A DNA stretch of 64,000 bases, from assembly GCA_963766915.1 (NCBI GenBank), contig CAVYCL010000014.1, positions 253,159-317,158 on the forward strand, given 5' to 3'. Below the pieces are notes generated by a model. The model saw only the letters and a program-made list of their open reading frames with translations. It was not told where the DNA came from and made no database searches. A program made the position numbers and the translations under genes. Positions within the stretch are counted from its first letter, which is position 1. Each line of letters starts with the position of its first letter. This DNA comes from an uncultured Gammaproteobacteria bacterium. GTDB taxonomy: Bacteria > Pseudomonadota > Gammaproteobacteria > Steroidobacterales > Steroidobacteraceae. Positions 31,011-42,643 of this stretch are shown here, in pieces.

Positions 31011-32158
31011 GCGCGCTGGCCGCGTACGCGGCGCGGGAAAGCGAGTCGCGCGGCCGGCGTCACCCCGAGGCCGCTCCCGCCTATCGCTCGGAGTATCAGC
31101 GCGACCGCGACCGTATCGTTCACTCCACCGCCTTTCGCAGGCTGGTCTACAAGACGCAGGTGTTCGTCAATCACGAGGGCGATCTGTATCGCACCCGTCT
31201 CACGCATTCTTTGGAGGTCGCGCAGATCGCGCGCGCCATCGCCGGTGCGCTCGCCCTGAACGAGGTGCTGTCGGAGGCGATCTGCCTGGCGCACGATCTG
31301 GGTCACACGCCCTTCGGGCATGCGGGCCAGGATGCGCTGCACGAGTGCATGCGCGATTTCGGCGGCTTCGAGCACAATCTGCAGTCGCTGCGGGTCGTCG
31401 ACGAGCTCGAGGAGCAATACGCCGAATTCGACGGCCTCAACCTCACGTTCGAGTGCCGCGAGGGCATCCTGAAACATTGCTCGGCCGCAAACGCGAGGCA
31501 GCTCGGGGAGCTGGGCGAGCGGTTCCTTTCGCGGACGCAGCCCGGGCTCGAGGCGCAACTCGCGAATTTCGCGGACGAGATCGCCTACAACAACCACGAC
31601 GTCGACGACGGCATCCGCGCCGGCCTCGTCACGGTCGAGGAGCTTGCGCAGATTCCCTTGTTCGCCCGCTACCACGAGGTGGTGCGCCGTCAGTACGCCG
31701 CGCTCGCCGGCCGGCGATTGGTCAACGAGATCCTGCGCCGCATGATCAATCACCTGGTGAGCGATCTCATCGGCACGTCCGCGGCGCGCCTGCGTGCCGC
31801 GGGCGTGACCTCGGCCGCGGAGGTGCGGGCGCTGTCGGCGCCGCTCATCGGCTTCAGCGATGAGACCCAGGAGCTCAATCAGTCGCTCAAGAGCTTCCTG
31901 CGCGACCGCGTCTACAAGCACTATAAAGTACGGCGCATGACCTCAAAGGCAAGGCGGGTGGTGAGCGCGCTGTTCGAGGCGTTCCTCGGCGACCCCGGGC
32001 TCATGCCCGAGGATCACGCCGCAAACGCCGTGCGGCTCGGTGCCGCGCACGGCGAGTCCGGCCGAGCCCGTGCCGTGGCCGACTACATCGCAGGCATGAC
32101 GGACCGTTACGCGATCCTCGAGCACCGGCGGCTCTTCGAGCCGGGTGAAAGAACCTGA
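31007..32158 (+). CDS. dgt: dGTP triphosphohydrolase-like HD-domain protein
   Basis: ..[51 protein letters not shown]... Confidence 0.9.
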   Translation: MSALAAYAARESESRGRRHPEAAPAYRSEYQRDRDRIVHSTAFRRLVYKTQVFVNHEGDLYRTRLTHSLEVAQIARAIAGALALNEVLSEAICLAHDLGHTPFGHAGQDALHECMRDFGGFEHNLQSLRVVDELEEQYAEFDGLNLTFECREGILKHCSAANARQLGELGERFLSRTQPGLEAQLANFADEIAYNNHDVDDGIRAGLVTVEELAQIPLFARYHEVVRRQYAALAGRRLVNEILRRMINHLVSDLIGTSAARLRAAGVTSAAEVRALSAPLIGFSDETQELNQSLKSFLRDRVYKHYKVRRMTSKARRVVSALFEAFLGDPGLMPEDHAANAVRLGAAHGESGRARAVADYIAGMTDRYAILEHRRLFEPGERT

Positions 32159-32189
32159 AGCAGGCTCCGCGGGGGCCAACAAGGCGCAT

Positions 32190-33248
32190 ATGACCGATGC
32201 ACTCAAGAACGATCTCCTGCTGCGCGCCTTGCTGCGCCAGCCGACGCCGCGCCGGCCGATCTGGCTCATGCGCCAGGCAGGCCGCTACCTGCCGGAATAT
32301 CGCGCGACGCGGGCGCGAGCCGGCAGCTTTCTCGCCTTGTGCACGAATCCTGAGCTCGCGTGCGAGGTGACACTGCAACCCGTCGACCGGTATGCGCTCG
32401 ACGGCGCGATCCTGTTCTCCGACATACTCACCATTCCGCATGCCATGAACCTGGGATTGAGCTTCGAGACCGGGGCCGGCGGTCCCACCTTCGAGCGGCC
32501 CGTGCGCTCGGCCGCCGACGTGGCCAAGCTCGGCGTGCCGGACCCGCACGTCGAGCTCAAGTACGTGATCGACGCGGTGGCGCTCATTCGCCGCGAGCTC
32601 AAAGGGCGCATTCCCCTGATCGGATTCGCGGGCAGTCCCTGGACGGTTGCGACTTACATGGTGGAGGGCGGCGGCAGCAAGGATTTTCAGCGCATCAAGC
32701 GCATGATGTACGAAAGCCCCGCGACGCTGCACCAGCTGCTGGAGCTCCTCGCGCGTGCGACGACTTCGTATCTGAACGCGCAGATCGCGGCGGGCGCGCA
32801 GGCGGTGATGCTGTTCGACACCTGGGGCGGCGTGCTCACGCCCGCGCAATACCAGGAGTTCTCCCTGGCCTACATGGCGCAGATCGTGGCCTCGCTCACC
32901 CGTGAAGCCCAAGGCCGGCGGGTGCCGAGCATCGTATTCACCAAGGGCGGCGGCCCGTGGCTCGCCTCGATTGCCGCGATCGGCTGCGACGCCGTGGGCG
33001 TCGACTGGACCACCGACTTGGGGACGGCTCGGCTCGCCGTCCAAGACCGCGTCGCCCTGCAGGGCAATCTCGACCCTTCAGCGCTGTTCGCGCCCGCGGA
33101 GACGCTGCGCGCGGCGGCGCGGGGCGTGCTCGAGAGCTTCGGCAAAGGCCCGGGACACGTGTTCAACTTGGGTCACGGGATTACGCCGGGCGTCGACCCG
33201 GAGCGCGTGGAAACGCTCGTCCAGACGGTGCGCGACTACCCGGTTTAA
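32190..33248 (+). CDS. hemE: uroporphyrinogen decarboxylase
   Basis: [44 protein letters not shown]... Confidence 0.95.
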   Translation: MTDALKNDLLLRALLRQPTPRRPIWLMRQAGRYLPEYRATRARAGSFLALCTNPELACEVTLQPVDRYALDGAILFSDILTIPHAMNLGLSFETGAGGPTFERPVRSAADVAKLGVPDPHVELKYVIDAVALIRRELKGRIPLIGFAGSPWTVATYMVEGGGSKDFQRIKRMMYESPATLHQLLELLARATTSYLNAQIAAGAQAVMLFDTWGGVLTPAQYQEFSLAYMAQIVASLTREAQGRRVPSIVFTKGGGPWLASIAAIGCDAVGVDWTTDLGTARLAVQDRVALQGNLDPSALFAPAETLRAAARGVLESFGKGPGHVFNLGHGITPGVDPERVETLVQTVRDYPV

Positions 33249-34975
33249 GCGGCCGGTGTCGGGGGAGTGCCCGGCGTGGGAACCTCCGGCGTGGCGACGC
33301 CCGGCTCTTGGCGACCGCGCAGCTCATCGCGCAACGAGCGCCGCAAGATCTTGCCGACATTGGTCTTCGGCAGCTCGCTGCGGAAATACACGTGCTTGGG
33401 CACTTTGTATCCCGTGAGTTTGGCGCGGCAAAATTCGATCAACGCCTCGGCGGTGAGGCTTGGATCCTTCTTGACGACGAACAGGGCCACCGATTCGCCC
33501 GAGTTCTCGTCCGACTGTGCCACCGCCGCGACTTCGAGCACCCCGGGATGCTCCGCCGCGACGGCCTCGATCTCGTTGGGATAAACGTTGAATCCGGAGA
33601 CGAGGATCATGTCCTTCTTGCGGTCCTCGATGAACACGAATCCCTGTTCGTCCATGCGCCCGATGTCGCCCGTGCGCAGCCAGTCGCCGAACATGACCTG
33701 CTCCGTCTCGTCCGGACGGTTCCAATAGTCGCGCATCAGCTGCGGGCCGAACACGCAGATCTCGCCCACCTCGTTGGTGCCCATTTCCACGCCGGCATCG
33801 TTGCGGATGGAAATATCCGTGGAGGAGATCGGCAGCCCGATCGATCCATTGAAGTCGAGGCCCATCGGGTTGATGCAAGCGGCGGGCGAGGTCTCGGTCA
33901 ATCCCCAGGCCTGCGTGAGCACGTTGCCCGTGACTTTCTTCCAGCGCGCGGCGACCACCGCCTGTACCGCCATGCCCCCGCCGAGCGAGATCTTGAGCGC
34001 CGAGAAGTCGAGCGTCTCGAAGCCGGGCGTGTGCAGCAGCGCGTTGAACAATGTGTTCACGCCGCTGATGAAGAAGAACTTGTGCTTGCGCAGCTCGGCG
34101 ACGAAGGCCGGAAAATCGCGCGGGTTGGTGATGAGCACGTTTTTTGCGCCGAGGCGCGCGAACAAGAGGCAGTTCGCCGTGAGCGAGAAGATGTGATAGA
34201 GCGGCAGCGCCGTGATGATGGTTCGTTGCGGCCCGGGCGCAAGCGCGGGCCGGATCCAGGCGCTTGCCTGCAGCACGTTGGCCACCATGTTGCGGTGGGT
34301 GAGCACTGCTGCCTTGGCGACGCCGGTCGTGCCGCCCGTGTACTGCAGGAAGGCGATGCTCTGCGGACCCACCTCGGCGGGCTCGAGCTTGATGCCGAGT
34401 CCCCCGCCGAGCGCGCTCTTGAGCGTGATCGCTCCGGGCATGCTCCAGGCGGGCACCTGCTTGCGCAAGCGCAGGACGAGATTCACGAGTGCGCCGCGCG
34501 GAAATCCCAGTAGATCGCCGATGCGTGTCACGAGGACCTGTTTGAGCTCGGTGTGCGGCAACACCTGCTGCAGGATGTGCGCAAAATTCTCGACGATGAC
34601 GATGGCTTTCGCGCCCGAGTCCTTCAGCTGATGCTCGAGCTCGCGGGCGGTGTACAGCGGATTGACGTTCACCACCACCATGCCCGCGCGCAAGATGCCG
34701 AACAGCGCGACCGGATACTGCATCACGTTCGGCATCATCAAGGCCACGCGATCGCCCGCTTGCAGGCCCGACTTCTTCTGCAGCCACGCGGCGAATGCGC
34801 GGCTCAGGGCCTCCAGCTGGGCGTAGCTGAGCACGGTGCCGAAATTCTGATAGGCGGGCAGGTTGCCGTAGGCCGCGCACGCCTCCTCGAACATCGCGTT
34901 CAGCGAGGCGTACTGATCCGGGTCGATGTCGGTTGGCACACCGGGCGGGTAATGGTTCAGCCAAACGCGTTGCAC
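33245..34975 (-). CDS. fadD: long-chain fatty acid-CoA ligase
   Basis: [14 protein letters not shown]..; AMP-binding motif [14 protein letters not shown]; ..GWLRTGD..; ..[11 protein letters not shown]. The GTG start at 34975 is inferred from the conserved N-terminus. Confidence 0.9.
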   Translation of the reverse strand: MQRVWLNHYPPGVPTDIDPDQYASLNAMFEEACAAYGNLPAYQNFGTVLSYAQLEALSRAFAAWLQKKSGLQAGDRVALMMPNVMQYPVALFGILRAGMVVVNVNPLYTARELEHQLKDSGAKAIVIVENFAHILQQVLPHTELKQVLVTRIGDLLGFPRGALVNLVLRLRKQVPAWSMPGAITLKSALGGGLGIKLEPAEVGPQSIAFLQYTGGTTGVAKAAVLTHRNMVANVLQASAWIRPALAPGPQRTIITALPLYHIFSLTANCLLFARLGAKNVLITNPRDFPAFVAELRKHKFFFISGVNTLFNALLHTPGFETLDFSALKISLGGGMAVQAVVAARWKKVTGNVLTQAWGLTETSPAACINPMGLDFNGSIGLPISSTDISIRNDAGVEMGTNEVGEICVFGPQLMRDYWNRPDETEQVMFGDWLRTGDIGRMDEQGFVFIEDRKKDMILVSGFNVYPNEIEAVAAEHPGVLEVAAVAQSDENSGESVALFVVKKDPSLTAEALIEFCRAKLTGYKVPKHVYFRSELPKTNVGKILRRSLRDELRGRQEPGVATPEVPTPGTPPTPAA

Positions 34976-35121
34976 TGGGCTGCGGCTCCTGATTTTTTGT
35001 TTCGCGTGTATAGCACCGGACGAAGACCGCAGCAACGTCGCGGCACGACGGAGTATGCTTGCGGGGTCAAAATGCGGGCGCCCCGCGGGCGCTTTCGGGA
35101 GCAATTCTGATTGGAGACGGA

Positions 35122-35526
35122 ATGATAGGTTGGCGTTCGATGGTCATTGGAATTTCCTTTGCGGCCGCAGGCTGCGTGCATGGCTACGGCGGCTGTCTGT
35201 GGACCCAGCCGGTCAAGCACACCCTGTCGGGGCGGGTGCATTTTCGTTCCTATCCGACCTCCGACGGCGTGGATAGCGTGCCCGTGCTCACACTCGATCA
35301 TGAGATCTACGTTTACTCCCCGGCGCAGAGCTTCATGTGCCAGTCCACCGGTCAGCTGCAGCTCGTCGGCATTTCCGAGTTTCCGGAGAACGTGGTGGAG
35401 GATTCCCACGTCTCGGTTGAGGGAAGGCTGTATGCCGGTACATCCTCGCACGACCACACGAGCTTTCTCATGAACGTGATCACATTGCTGCCGGACAGCG
35501 TGGCTCCCCGCACCGCCCAGCCCTAG
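35122..35526 (+). CDS. small lipoprotein, DUF4431-like
   Basis: Lipobox ISFAAAGC; ..VQLVGISEFPENVVEDSHVSVEGRLYAGTSSHDHTSFLMNVITL resembles the DUF4431 C-terminal signature. The family call is tentative. Confidence 0.5.
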   Translation: MIGWRSMVIGISFAAAGCVHGYGGCLWTQPVKHTLSGRVHFRSYPTSDGVDSVPVLTLDHEIYVYSPAQSFMCQSTGQLQLVGISEFPENVVEDSHVSVEGRLYAGTSSHDHTSFLMNVITLLPDSVAPRTAQP

Positions 35527-36137
35527 CGCTTGAGCAACGGTGCGAGCGCCGGCCAGACGGTCGCGAGCAGCAGCGGCTGTGCCGCCTCCACCGGATGCAC
35601 GCCGTCGGCCTGCATAAGGTCCGGATGCAGGGCGACGTCGTTCAGCAGGAAGGGCACGAGCGGGACGTGCTGTTCGCGGGCGAGATCGGTGTACACCGCG
35701 CCGAACTGCGCGGTGTATTGCGGGCCGTAGTTCGGCGGTATCCGCATGCCCAAGAGCAACACTTTCGCGCCCGCGCTCTTTGCCAGATCGATCATGCGCG
35801 CAAGGTTCGCGCGCATCTGTTCGATCGGCAGCGCCCGCAAACCGTCGTTGCCGCCGAGCTCGAGCACGACGACCGCAGGATGGTGCAGTTCGAGAGCGCG
35901 CGGCAGGCGCGCGAGGCCGCCCGCGGTGGTCTCGCCGCTGACGCTGGCGTTGACGACCTCATCACCGTACCCTTCGGTCTTGAGCTTCGCCTGCAGCAGT
36001 GCAACCCAGCCCCGATCGATCCGCGGCAGGCCGTAGCCGGCGCTGATGCTGTCGCCGAACACGAGTATCGCGGACGTTGCAGCGTACGCCGGGGCCACCG
36101 CCACCCATAGCAACAAAAGGACGACTATCCGGCTCAC
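35523..36137 (-). CDS. tesA: SGNH arylesterase / acyl-CoA thioesterase I
   Basis: Signal peptide, then ILVFGDSISAGYG..ASVSGETT..LELGGNDGLR..DGVHP. It is divergent from ybbA with a 9-bp gap, as in E. coli. Confidence 0.85.
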   Translation of the reverse strand: MSRIVVLLLLWVAVAPAYAATSAILVFGDSISAGYGLPRIDRGWVALLQAKLKTEGYGDEVVNASVSGETTAGGLARLPRALELHHPAVVVLELGGNDGLRALPIEQMRANLARMIDLAKSAGAKVLLLGMRIPPNYGPQYTAQFGAVYTDLAREQHVPLVPFLLNDVALHPDLMQADGVHPVEAAQPLLLATVWPALAPLLKR

Positions 36138-36146
36138 GGACTCTCC

Positions 36147-36836
36147 ATGATGCAAAACCAAACCGCACTCGAGGCCAGGCACCTGACCAAGACCGTTTCG
36201 AGCCCCGAGGGCCCTCTCACCATTCTCTCCGATGTGAGCCTCGCTGTGCGATCGGGCGAAACTCTCGCCGTGGTAGGCGCATCCGGTGCCGGCAAATCGA
36301 CGCTGCTTGCGCTCTTGGCGGGACTCGATTCGCCCACCGCGGGTGAGGTGCTGATCGCGGGGGTGGAGCTCACGCGGCTCGACGAGGACGGCCGCGCGCG
36401 TCTGCGCGGGCAATACGTCGGTTTCGTGTTTCAGTCCTTTCACTTGATTCCCGCCCTGACGGCGCTCGAGAACGTCATGTTGCCGCTCGAGCTTAGGGCT
36501 CGCCGCGATGCGCGGGCGGCCGCCGCCGCCGCCCTCGCGCAGGTCGGTCTCGCCGCGCGCGCCGCGCATTATCCGAAGCAGCTGTCGGGCGGCGAGCAGC
36601 AGCGGGTCGCGATCGCCCGCGCGTTCGTCACCCAGCCCGCCGTCCTGTTCGCAGACGAGCCGACCGGCAATCTCGACACCCACACCGGCCAGCGGATCAC
36701 GGATCTGTTGTTCGAGCTGAATCGCAGCATCGGCAGCACCCTGGTGCTGGTGACCCACGACCGGAGCCTCGCGCAACGCTGTGCGCGCGTGCTCGAGCTC
36801 GACGCCGGCCGGGCGTTGAGCCCGGCGGCCGGCTGA
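36147..36836 (+). CDS. ybbA: ABC transporter ATP-binding protein (YbbA-like)
   Basis: Walker A GASGAGKST, signature LSGGEQQRVAIARA, Walker B LFADEPTGNLD. Confidence 0.85.
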   Translation: MMQNQTALEARHLTKTVSSPEGPLTILSDVSLAVRSGETLAVVGASGAGKSTLLALLAGLDSPTAGEVLIAGVELTRLDEDGRARLRGQYVGFVFQSFHLIPALTALENVMLPLELRARRDARAAAAAALAQVGLAARAAHYPKQLSGGEQQRVAIARAFVTQPAVLFADEPTGNLDTHTGQRITDLLFELNRSIGSTLVLVTHDRSLAQRCARVLELDAGRALSPAAG

Positions 36837-39422
36837 TGCAAGTGCTGCGCTTCGCCTTGCGGAATCTCTGGCGGGACTTCAAGTCCGGCGAGCTGTCGGT
36901 GCTGTTGCTTGCCCTGTGCGTCGCCGTGCTGTCGCTGACGGCCGTGGGGTTCTTCACCAATCGCATCTCGCAAGGCGTGCAGCGCGCAGGCGGCGGAAGT
37001 GCTGGCCGCGGATCTGCGGCTCGAGGCGCCCACGCCCTTCCCCGAGGGCTATTTTGCGAAGGCCCGCGCTTTGGGGCTCGCCGGCGCGCAGCTCCTCGAG
37101 TTCCCGACGGCGATATTCAACGGCGAGCTGAGCCAGCTCGCGGCGCTCAACGCGGTGACGGCCCACTATCCGCTGCGCGGTCACGTGCGGATCGCGGATA
37201 CGCCGTTCGGCGCGGCGCGCGCCACCGAGTCGATACCGGGGAGCGGCGAGGCCTGGGTCGACGCGCGCATCATGGCGCAGCTCGACATCCATATCGGCGG
37301 ATCGATCCGCATCGGCGCAGCCACGTTCAAGGTGACGCAGGTGCTCGATTACCGGCCCGACCAGGGCACGGGTTTCGTGAACTTGGCTCCCGCGGTGCTG
37401 TTGAACTACGACGACGTCGCGGCGACCCAGCTGATTCAACCCGGCAGCCGCGTCACCTACGCGGCGCTGTTCGCGGGCGCGCCGGCCGCGCGTCGCCGAG
37501 TTCCGCGACTATCTGCTCGCGAACAAGGGAGCGGGCGAGCGGCTGCGCGAGGTGGATGAGTCCAGCCGGCAGCTCAATTCCGCCATCGATCGGGCGAGCC
37601 GCTTCTTGAACCTCGCGAGCCTCGCCTCGGTGCTGCTCGCGGCGGTGGCGGTGGCGATGGGCGCGCGCCGCTACGCCTCGCGCCACATCGACGCGGTCGC
37701 GCTGATGAAGTGCATGGGCGCCTCGCAGCGCTTCGTGCTCGCGATTTCCGTCATCGAGCTCACGATGCTCGCGCTCCTCGCCGTGGCCGCGGGCGCGCTC
37801 ATGGGATATGGCGCGCAATGGGGGCTCGCGTGGCTGCTGCGCGATCTGATCCGCATCGCGCTGCCGCCCGCATCGCTCGCGCCGCTCGCCGTCGCGTTGG
37901 TCACGGTGAACGCGATGCTGATCGGATTCGCGCTGCCGGCGCTCCTGCACTTGAAGAACACGCCGCCCGCGCGCGTGCTGCGGCGGACCATGACGGCGCC
38001 GCCGCTGCGCTTCGGCCTGGTGTACGTGCTCGCCGTCGGCGCGCTGGTCGCGATTCTCTGGAGTCTGGTGCGCGATACGGAGCTGGTGGTGGGCGTGCTC
38101 GCGGGCGTGCTCGGCGTGGGCGCCGTGCTCGCGGCGGCCGGCTACGGGCTGGTGCGGCTCACCGGCCGACTGCGCGGCGGCGTCGGCGTCGCGTGGCGCT
38201 ACGGACTCGCCAACGTCTCGAGGCGCGGCACCGGCAGCGTGCTGCAGATCGTCGCCTTCGGCCTGGGGCTGATGGTGCTGCTGCTGCTCGCGGTGGTGCG
38301 CGGCGATCTGCTCACCGACTGGCGGCGCAGCCTGCCGAACGATGTGCCCAACAATTTCCTGATCAACATCCGTCCCGAGGAACGCGCGCCGCTCGAGGAA
38401 TTCCTGCAGTCGCACGGCTTCGGCGCGCCGCAGATGTATCCGATGGTGCGCGCGCGCATGACCGCCATCAACGGCGTGCCCGCCGAGTCGCTCAAGGTGC
38501 AGGGGGACCGCGCGCGCGGCTTCGTCGAGCGCGAGCAGAATCTCACCTGGTCCGCCGAGCTTCTGGAGGACAACCAGCTCATCGCCGGTCACTGGTGGAC
38601 GCCCGACGAGTTCGGCAAGCCGCTGGTGTCGATCTCCTCGGAGTACCAGGAGGCGCTCGGTCTCAAGCTCGGCGACACCTTGAGCTTCGACGTCGCCGGC
38701 GAGAGCCTCACCGCGCGCGTCGCGAGCATCCGCAAGGTGCGCTGGGACAGCTTCCGGCCGAATTTCTTTCTGGTGTTTCCGCCGGGGCTGCTGGACGGCG
38801 CGGCCGGCACTTACATGACCAGCATCTATCTCACGCCCGCGCAGCGGCCGGCGCTGGTCGATCTGGTGCGACAGTTTCCGACGATTTCGGTGTTCGACGT
38901 GGATGCCATCCTGAAGCAGATCCGCGAGATCATGGATCGCGCCTCGCTCGCCGTGCAGTACGTGTTTCTGTTCACCCTGGCGGCGGGCGTCGTCGTGCTG
39001 CTCGCCGCAGTGCAAGTCGACGCGCGACGAGCGCCGCTACGAAAGCGCCATGCTGCGCACGCTGGGCGCGAGCCGCGGCACGGTGCTGCGCGGCGTCGCC
39101 GCGGAGTTCTCGGCGCTGGGATTTCTGTCGGGGACGCTCGGCGGCGTGCGGCGCGAGCGCCGTCGGATGGTTACTGGCGCGCCGCCTGTTCTCGCTCGAG
39201 TTCAGCTTCGATCCGTGGGTGTGGGTGATCGGGCTGGTGTGCGGCACGGTGCTCGTGGGGGTGAGCGGCACGCTCGCGACGCGGCGCGTGGTCAATACGC
39301 CGCCCATCGTCACGCTCGCGCGACCAGGCTCAATCCTGAACCTTCAATGCACCTCGAGCGTCAGCCAGCCGTCGGGGATGGGGTCGCCGCGGGGCGGCAG
39401 CGCCTCGATGCGGACCGTGTAA
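36836..39422 (+). CDS. ybbP: FtsX-family ABC permease (YbbP-like), with four apparent +1 frameshifts near 36986, 37490, 39018 and 39147
   Basis: MQVLRFALRNLWRDFKSGELSVLLLAL..; conserved segments continue in successive frames (LAADLRLEAP.., VAEFRDYL..SRFLNLASL.., MLRTLGASRG.., ..GWLLARRLFSLEF). The 3' end is uncertain: the last open frame runs to 39422 and overlaps the convergent gene. Confidence 0.7.
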
Positions 39423-40101
39423 ATTCCCGCCGATAGTCCCGTGGTATTGAACGTCAGGCGCAAGTCGTTGTTCGAGTCCTTGAGCAGGTTGTTGAGGATC
39501 AGCGCCCGGCCCTGATCCTGCTTGTCGACGATGATGCGAAACAGATTGAGCTTCTGCGTATAGGTCATGTCGAGATGCAGGTCGATGAGCTGCGGCGCGG
39601 CCGTGCTGCTCACAGGATGCGGGCGCCGTCGATGCCGGGCGCGTGATCGGGCGAGATGTGCTGCTCGGTCTGCACGGCCGGCTGCACCAGCGTGCCTTGC
39701 TTCGCGCGCAGCTTCGTATCCTCGAGCTCGCTCGCGCAGCAGGCTGAACTTGCCCACCAGGGTCCAGCGCCATCGCGAGGCTCAGAAAAGTGACGGCGGC
39801 CAATCCGATCAGCACGTACGGCGATTTCCACCACGGCTGCTCGCGGCTCGCCGAGATCAACCGAGTGGCCGCTCGCCTCCAGCAGCTTCAGGCTCGCCTG
39901 AGCGCGTTCCGAGAGCTTGAGCTTGTCGAGATATTCGGGATGCGCGCGGCACCAGTTCTCGAGATCGACCGCGCCTCGGAGCGGCAGCTTGTTGTCGAGA
40001 TAGCGCTCGATGAGCTTGTGCTCTTCGATGAACTTGGCATCGAAGCGCGGCGGGGCGGCCACGGCTTTCGCTTGACCTGCGGGAACAGTTCGGGCGTTCA
40101 T
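39344..40101 (-). CDS. single-pass membrane protein with an anti-sigma-like N-terminal helix domain, with several apparent frameshifts
   Basis: MNARTVPAG..FDAKFIEEHKLIERYLDNKLPLRGAVDLENWCRAHPEYLDKLKLSE.. is followed by a TM segment WWKSPYVLIGLAAVTFLSLAMAL in another frame. The C-terminal domain ..LIDLHLDMTYTQKLNLFRIIVDKQDQGRALILN..GIYTVRIEALPP.. is in a third frame. Confidence 0.4.
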
Positions 40102-40281
40102 GGCTGCAATCCTTGGGAATCTGATATTGCCGTGCGCTGCGGCGGCGATATGTGAAATATTCGGCAGAACCCGGGCCGGGCACGGGAAGTACATCGCATT
40201 TGCGAGGAAATACCGGCTTTTGAGCCGTTGCGCGCCTGCTGCGGACCCGGCCGGCCGGGGTCGCGGGCCTTGCGCCGGTCC

Positions 40282-41613
40282 TCAGGCGAGCGAAGCGGCC
40301 GAGCCGGGCGTGGCCTCTTCCGGCCCGTCGAGGTCGGCCATCACCGCCTCCCGCTGCGCCGAGTCGAGTCGGCGCCAGTCGATCTTCGCGGCATCCGCCG
40401 CACGCAGCTGCACGTCGTCGATGCGCTGCTCGGGGACCGGCTTCGGCGCGCAACGCGCGGCGAGCCCGCGGGTGGTTCCGGAGCGGATCAAGTCCACGAT
40501 CGCCTCGATGACGCGCGGGCTGCTCGCGAGGTTGCCGTGGGATTCCTCCACATAGAAAGTCTCGAGCCCCGGCACCTGCGCCATCGCGAGCGGTACGGTG
40601 CCATCGCCGTGCGGCGTCGAGCCATACTCGAAACCCGCCGACGTGCGGCGCACGCTCACCACCGTCTGGCGATTGACGCCGACGATCTGCACCATGCGCG
40701 AATCCGGCTCGGCCATGCCGGCGCGCGCTGGCCGCACGCGCGCGAGCAGCTCCGGCCTCGGCCTCACCCCATCGCGGGGCCACGATGCGGCATCCAACAG
40801 ATCCACGGCCGAGTTCGGATCCCGCTGCGGCGGCAGCATGTGATAGAGCCCGGGAAAACCCGAGAACACTTCGGCCGCCAGATAGTCCGGCGAATGCTTG
40901 AGGTCGAGCCGCGAGAGCTTCTGCACGAACGGGTACGTGCCGCGCAGCGCGAGCACGGGCGCGAGCGAGCCGCCGTTCGGCGCTCCCAGCATGATGAGCC
41001 GGCGTACCAAACGCTTCGGCAAGTTGCTTGATCGCGATGCGCGCGACCAGTGCGCCCATGCTGTGGGCGATGAGCACCGCGGGCTTGCCGGCGGCGGCGA
41101 TGGCCGCCGCGAGCGCGGCGCCGATCTCGTCGATCCCCAGCCGCCAGTCGTAAGCGAAGAACCGTGCGTCCAGTCCCTCGATGGCGAGGCGCAGCTTCAG
41201 GCGCGCGTAAGAAGACAAGAGCACGCCCCGCGGGCGAATCGTGCGCGGCGACGGCAGGGCCAGGTCCGTGAGTCGGCCGCCGGCAATCGATACGGGATCG
41301 ATCCACAGCATCCGGCCGCGCCCGCGCGCGGTGCTTGCCCGCGGACATATCGCACAGGCGCGATCCCATCATGCCGGGAATCACCAGCACGCGCTGGCCG
41401 CCCGAGGTCCTGATCCGGCGGGCGGCGCGGGCGAGAATCGACAGCTCTTCACAGGCGGCGGTGCCGAAGAATTCGCGCAAGCTGTCGCCGTGGCGTGTGC
41501 CGCGCCAGGGCCTCGAACACGGCGGAGTTGGCGGCGTGAAAGGCCCAGTCCGCCCGGTGGCCGGACGGGACGCGCCTGCGGCCCGAGGGCCTGGTCTTCG
41601 CGGAGTGCGCCAT
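40282..41613 (-). CDS. alpha/beta hydrolase (lipase / LCAT / PGAP1-like), with three apparent frameshifts near 41495, 41325 and 41025
   Basis: ..RVLVIPGMMGSRL..; nucleophile elbow VLIAHSMGALVAR; ..LIMLGAPNGGS..; ..HGDGTVPL..ESHGNL... The segments lie in four successive frames. Confidence 0.55.
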
Positions 41614-41622
41614 GGCAACCGG

Positions 41623-42522
41623 TCAGCTCTTGGCGGCCAGCGTGCCGGCGATCGTTTCGCACACCGCCTCGATGGCTGCGACGCGCGTGGTCGACTTGCG
41701 CCATACCGCACCGACGGTACGCGCCGGCGCCGGCTTGCTGAACTGACGGATGACGAGCCCGCGCTGCGATCCGAAGGGTGATTCCACGGCGAGTTCGGGC
41801 AGCAGCGTGACGCCGAAGCCCGCGACCACCATGTGCCGCAAGGTCTCGAGACTGGTGGCGCGAAAATCCTCGGCTTCGCGCACGTCGATGCGGCTGCACA
41901 CCTCGAGCGCCTGGTCGCGCAAGCAATGTCCGTCCTCCAGCAGGAGCAGCGTCTGGCCCTTGAGGTCGCTGCGCCTTGATCGAGGTCTTCTGCGACGAGG
42001 GGATGATCGCTCGGCAGCGCAACCGTGAACTCCTCGCGATACAGGCGGCGCGATTCCAGGCCTTCCTGATCGAGGGGCAGGGCGAGGATCCCCAAATCGA
42101 TCTCCCCATCGCGCAGGCGCTTCAGCAGCTCCTGGGTCTGGTGCTCGTAGAGCATGAGACCGAGCTGCGGCAACGCCTTGCGCAGCTTCTGCATGACGCG
42201 CGGCAACAAATAAGGTCCGATCGTGGGAATGAGCGCGACCTTGAGTTTGCCGGACAGAGGGTCGGTGTTGTTGCGCGCGAGCGCGACGATCTCGTCGCCT
42301 TCGTTCAGCATGCGGCGCGCGCGTGCCACGATCTGCCTTGCCGACCTCCGTCAGCTGGACGTTCTTCGGATGGCGTTCGACCAGCTTCACGCCGAGATAT
42401 TCCTCGAGCTTTTTCAGTTGCGCGGACAGGGTCGGCTGGCTGACGAACGTGCGCTGCGCCGCGCGGCCGAAATGACCGGTATCGGCCAGCGCCACCAAGT
42501 ACTTGAGGTCCTTGAGATTCAT
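41623..42522 (-). CDS. oxyR: LysR-type hydrogen peroxide sensor OxyR, with three apparent frameshifts near 42337, 41993 and 41972
   Basis: MNLKDLKYLVALADTGHFGRAAQRTFVSQPTLSAQLKKLEEYLG..; a middle frame ..KLKVALIPTIGPYLLP..; a C-terminal frame ..LLLLEDGHCLRDQAL... It is divergent from ahpC. Confidence 0.85.
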   Translation of the reverse strand: MNLKDLKYLVALADTGHFGRAAQRTFVSQPTLSAQLKKLEEYLGVKLVERHPKNVQLTEVGKADRGTRAPHAERRRRDRRARAQQHRPSVRQTQGRAHSHDRTLFVAARHAEAAQGVAAARSHALRAPDPGAAEAPARWGDRFGDPRPAPRSGRPGIAPPVSRGVHGCAAERSSPRRRRPRSRRSDLKGQTLLLLEDGHCLRDQALEVCSRIDVREAEDFRATSLETLRHMVVAGFGVTLLPELAVESPFGSQRGLVIRQFSKPAPARTVGAVWRKSTTRVAAIEAVCETIAGTLAAKS

Positions 42523-42542
42523 CGCTTCGCACCCATCTCGTC

Positions 42543-42579
42543 ATAGACGTAGTCTATCAAACCTATCTATTTAATCAAT
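42543..42579. promoter_or_regulatory. OxyR-type operator in the oxyR-ahpC intergenic region
   Basis: ATAG-acgtagt-CTAT-caaacct-ATCT-atttaat-CAAT fits the ATAG-N7-CTAT-N7-ATAG-N7-CTAT architecture. The first half-site is perfect and the second is degenerate. Confidence 0.55.
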
Positions 42580-42643
42580 TTCACTAATCGCTGACGCGGC
42601 AGTGCATCCTGAGCACATCGACGATTCAACCAAGGAAATTCTC

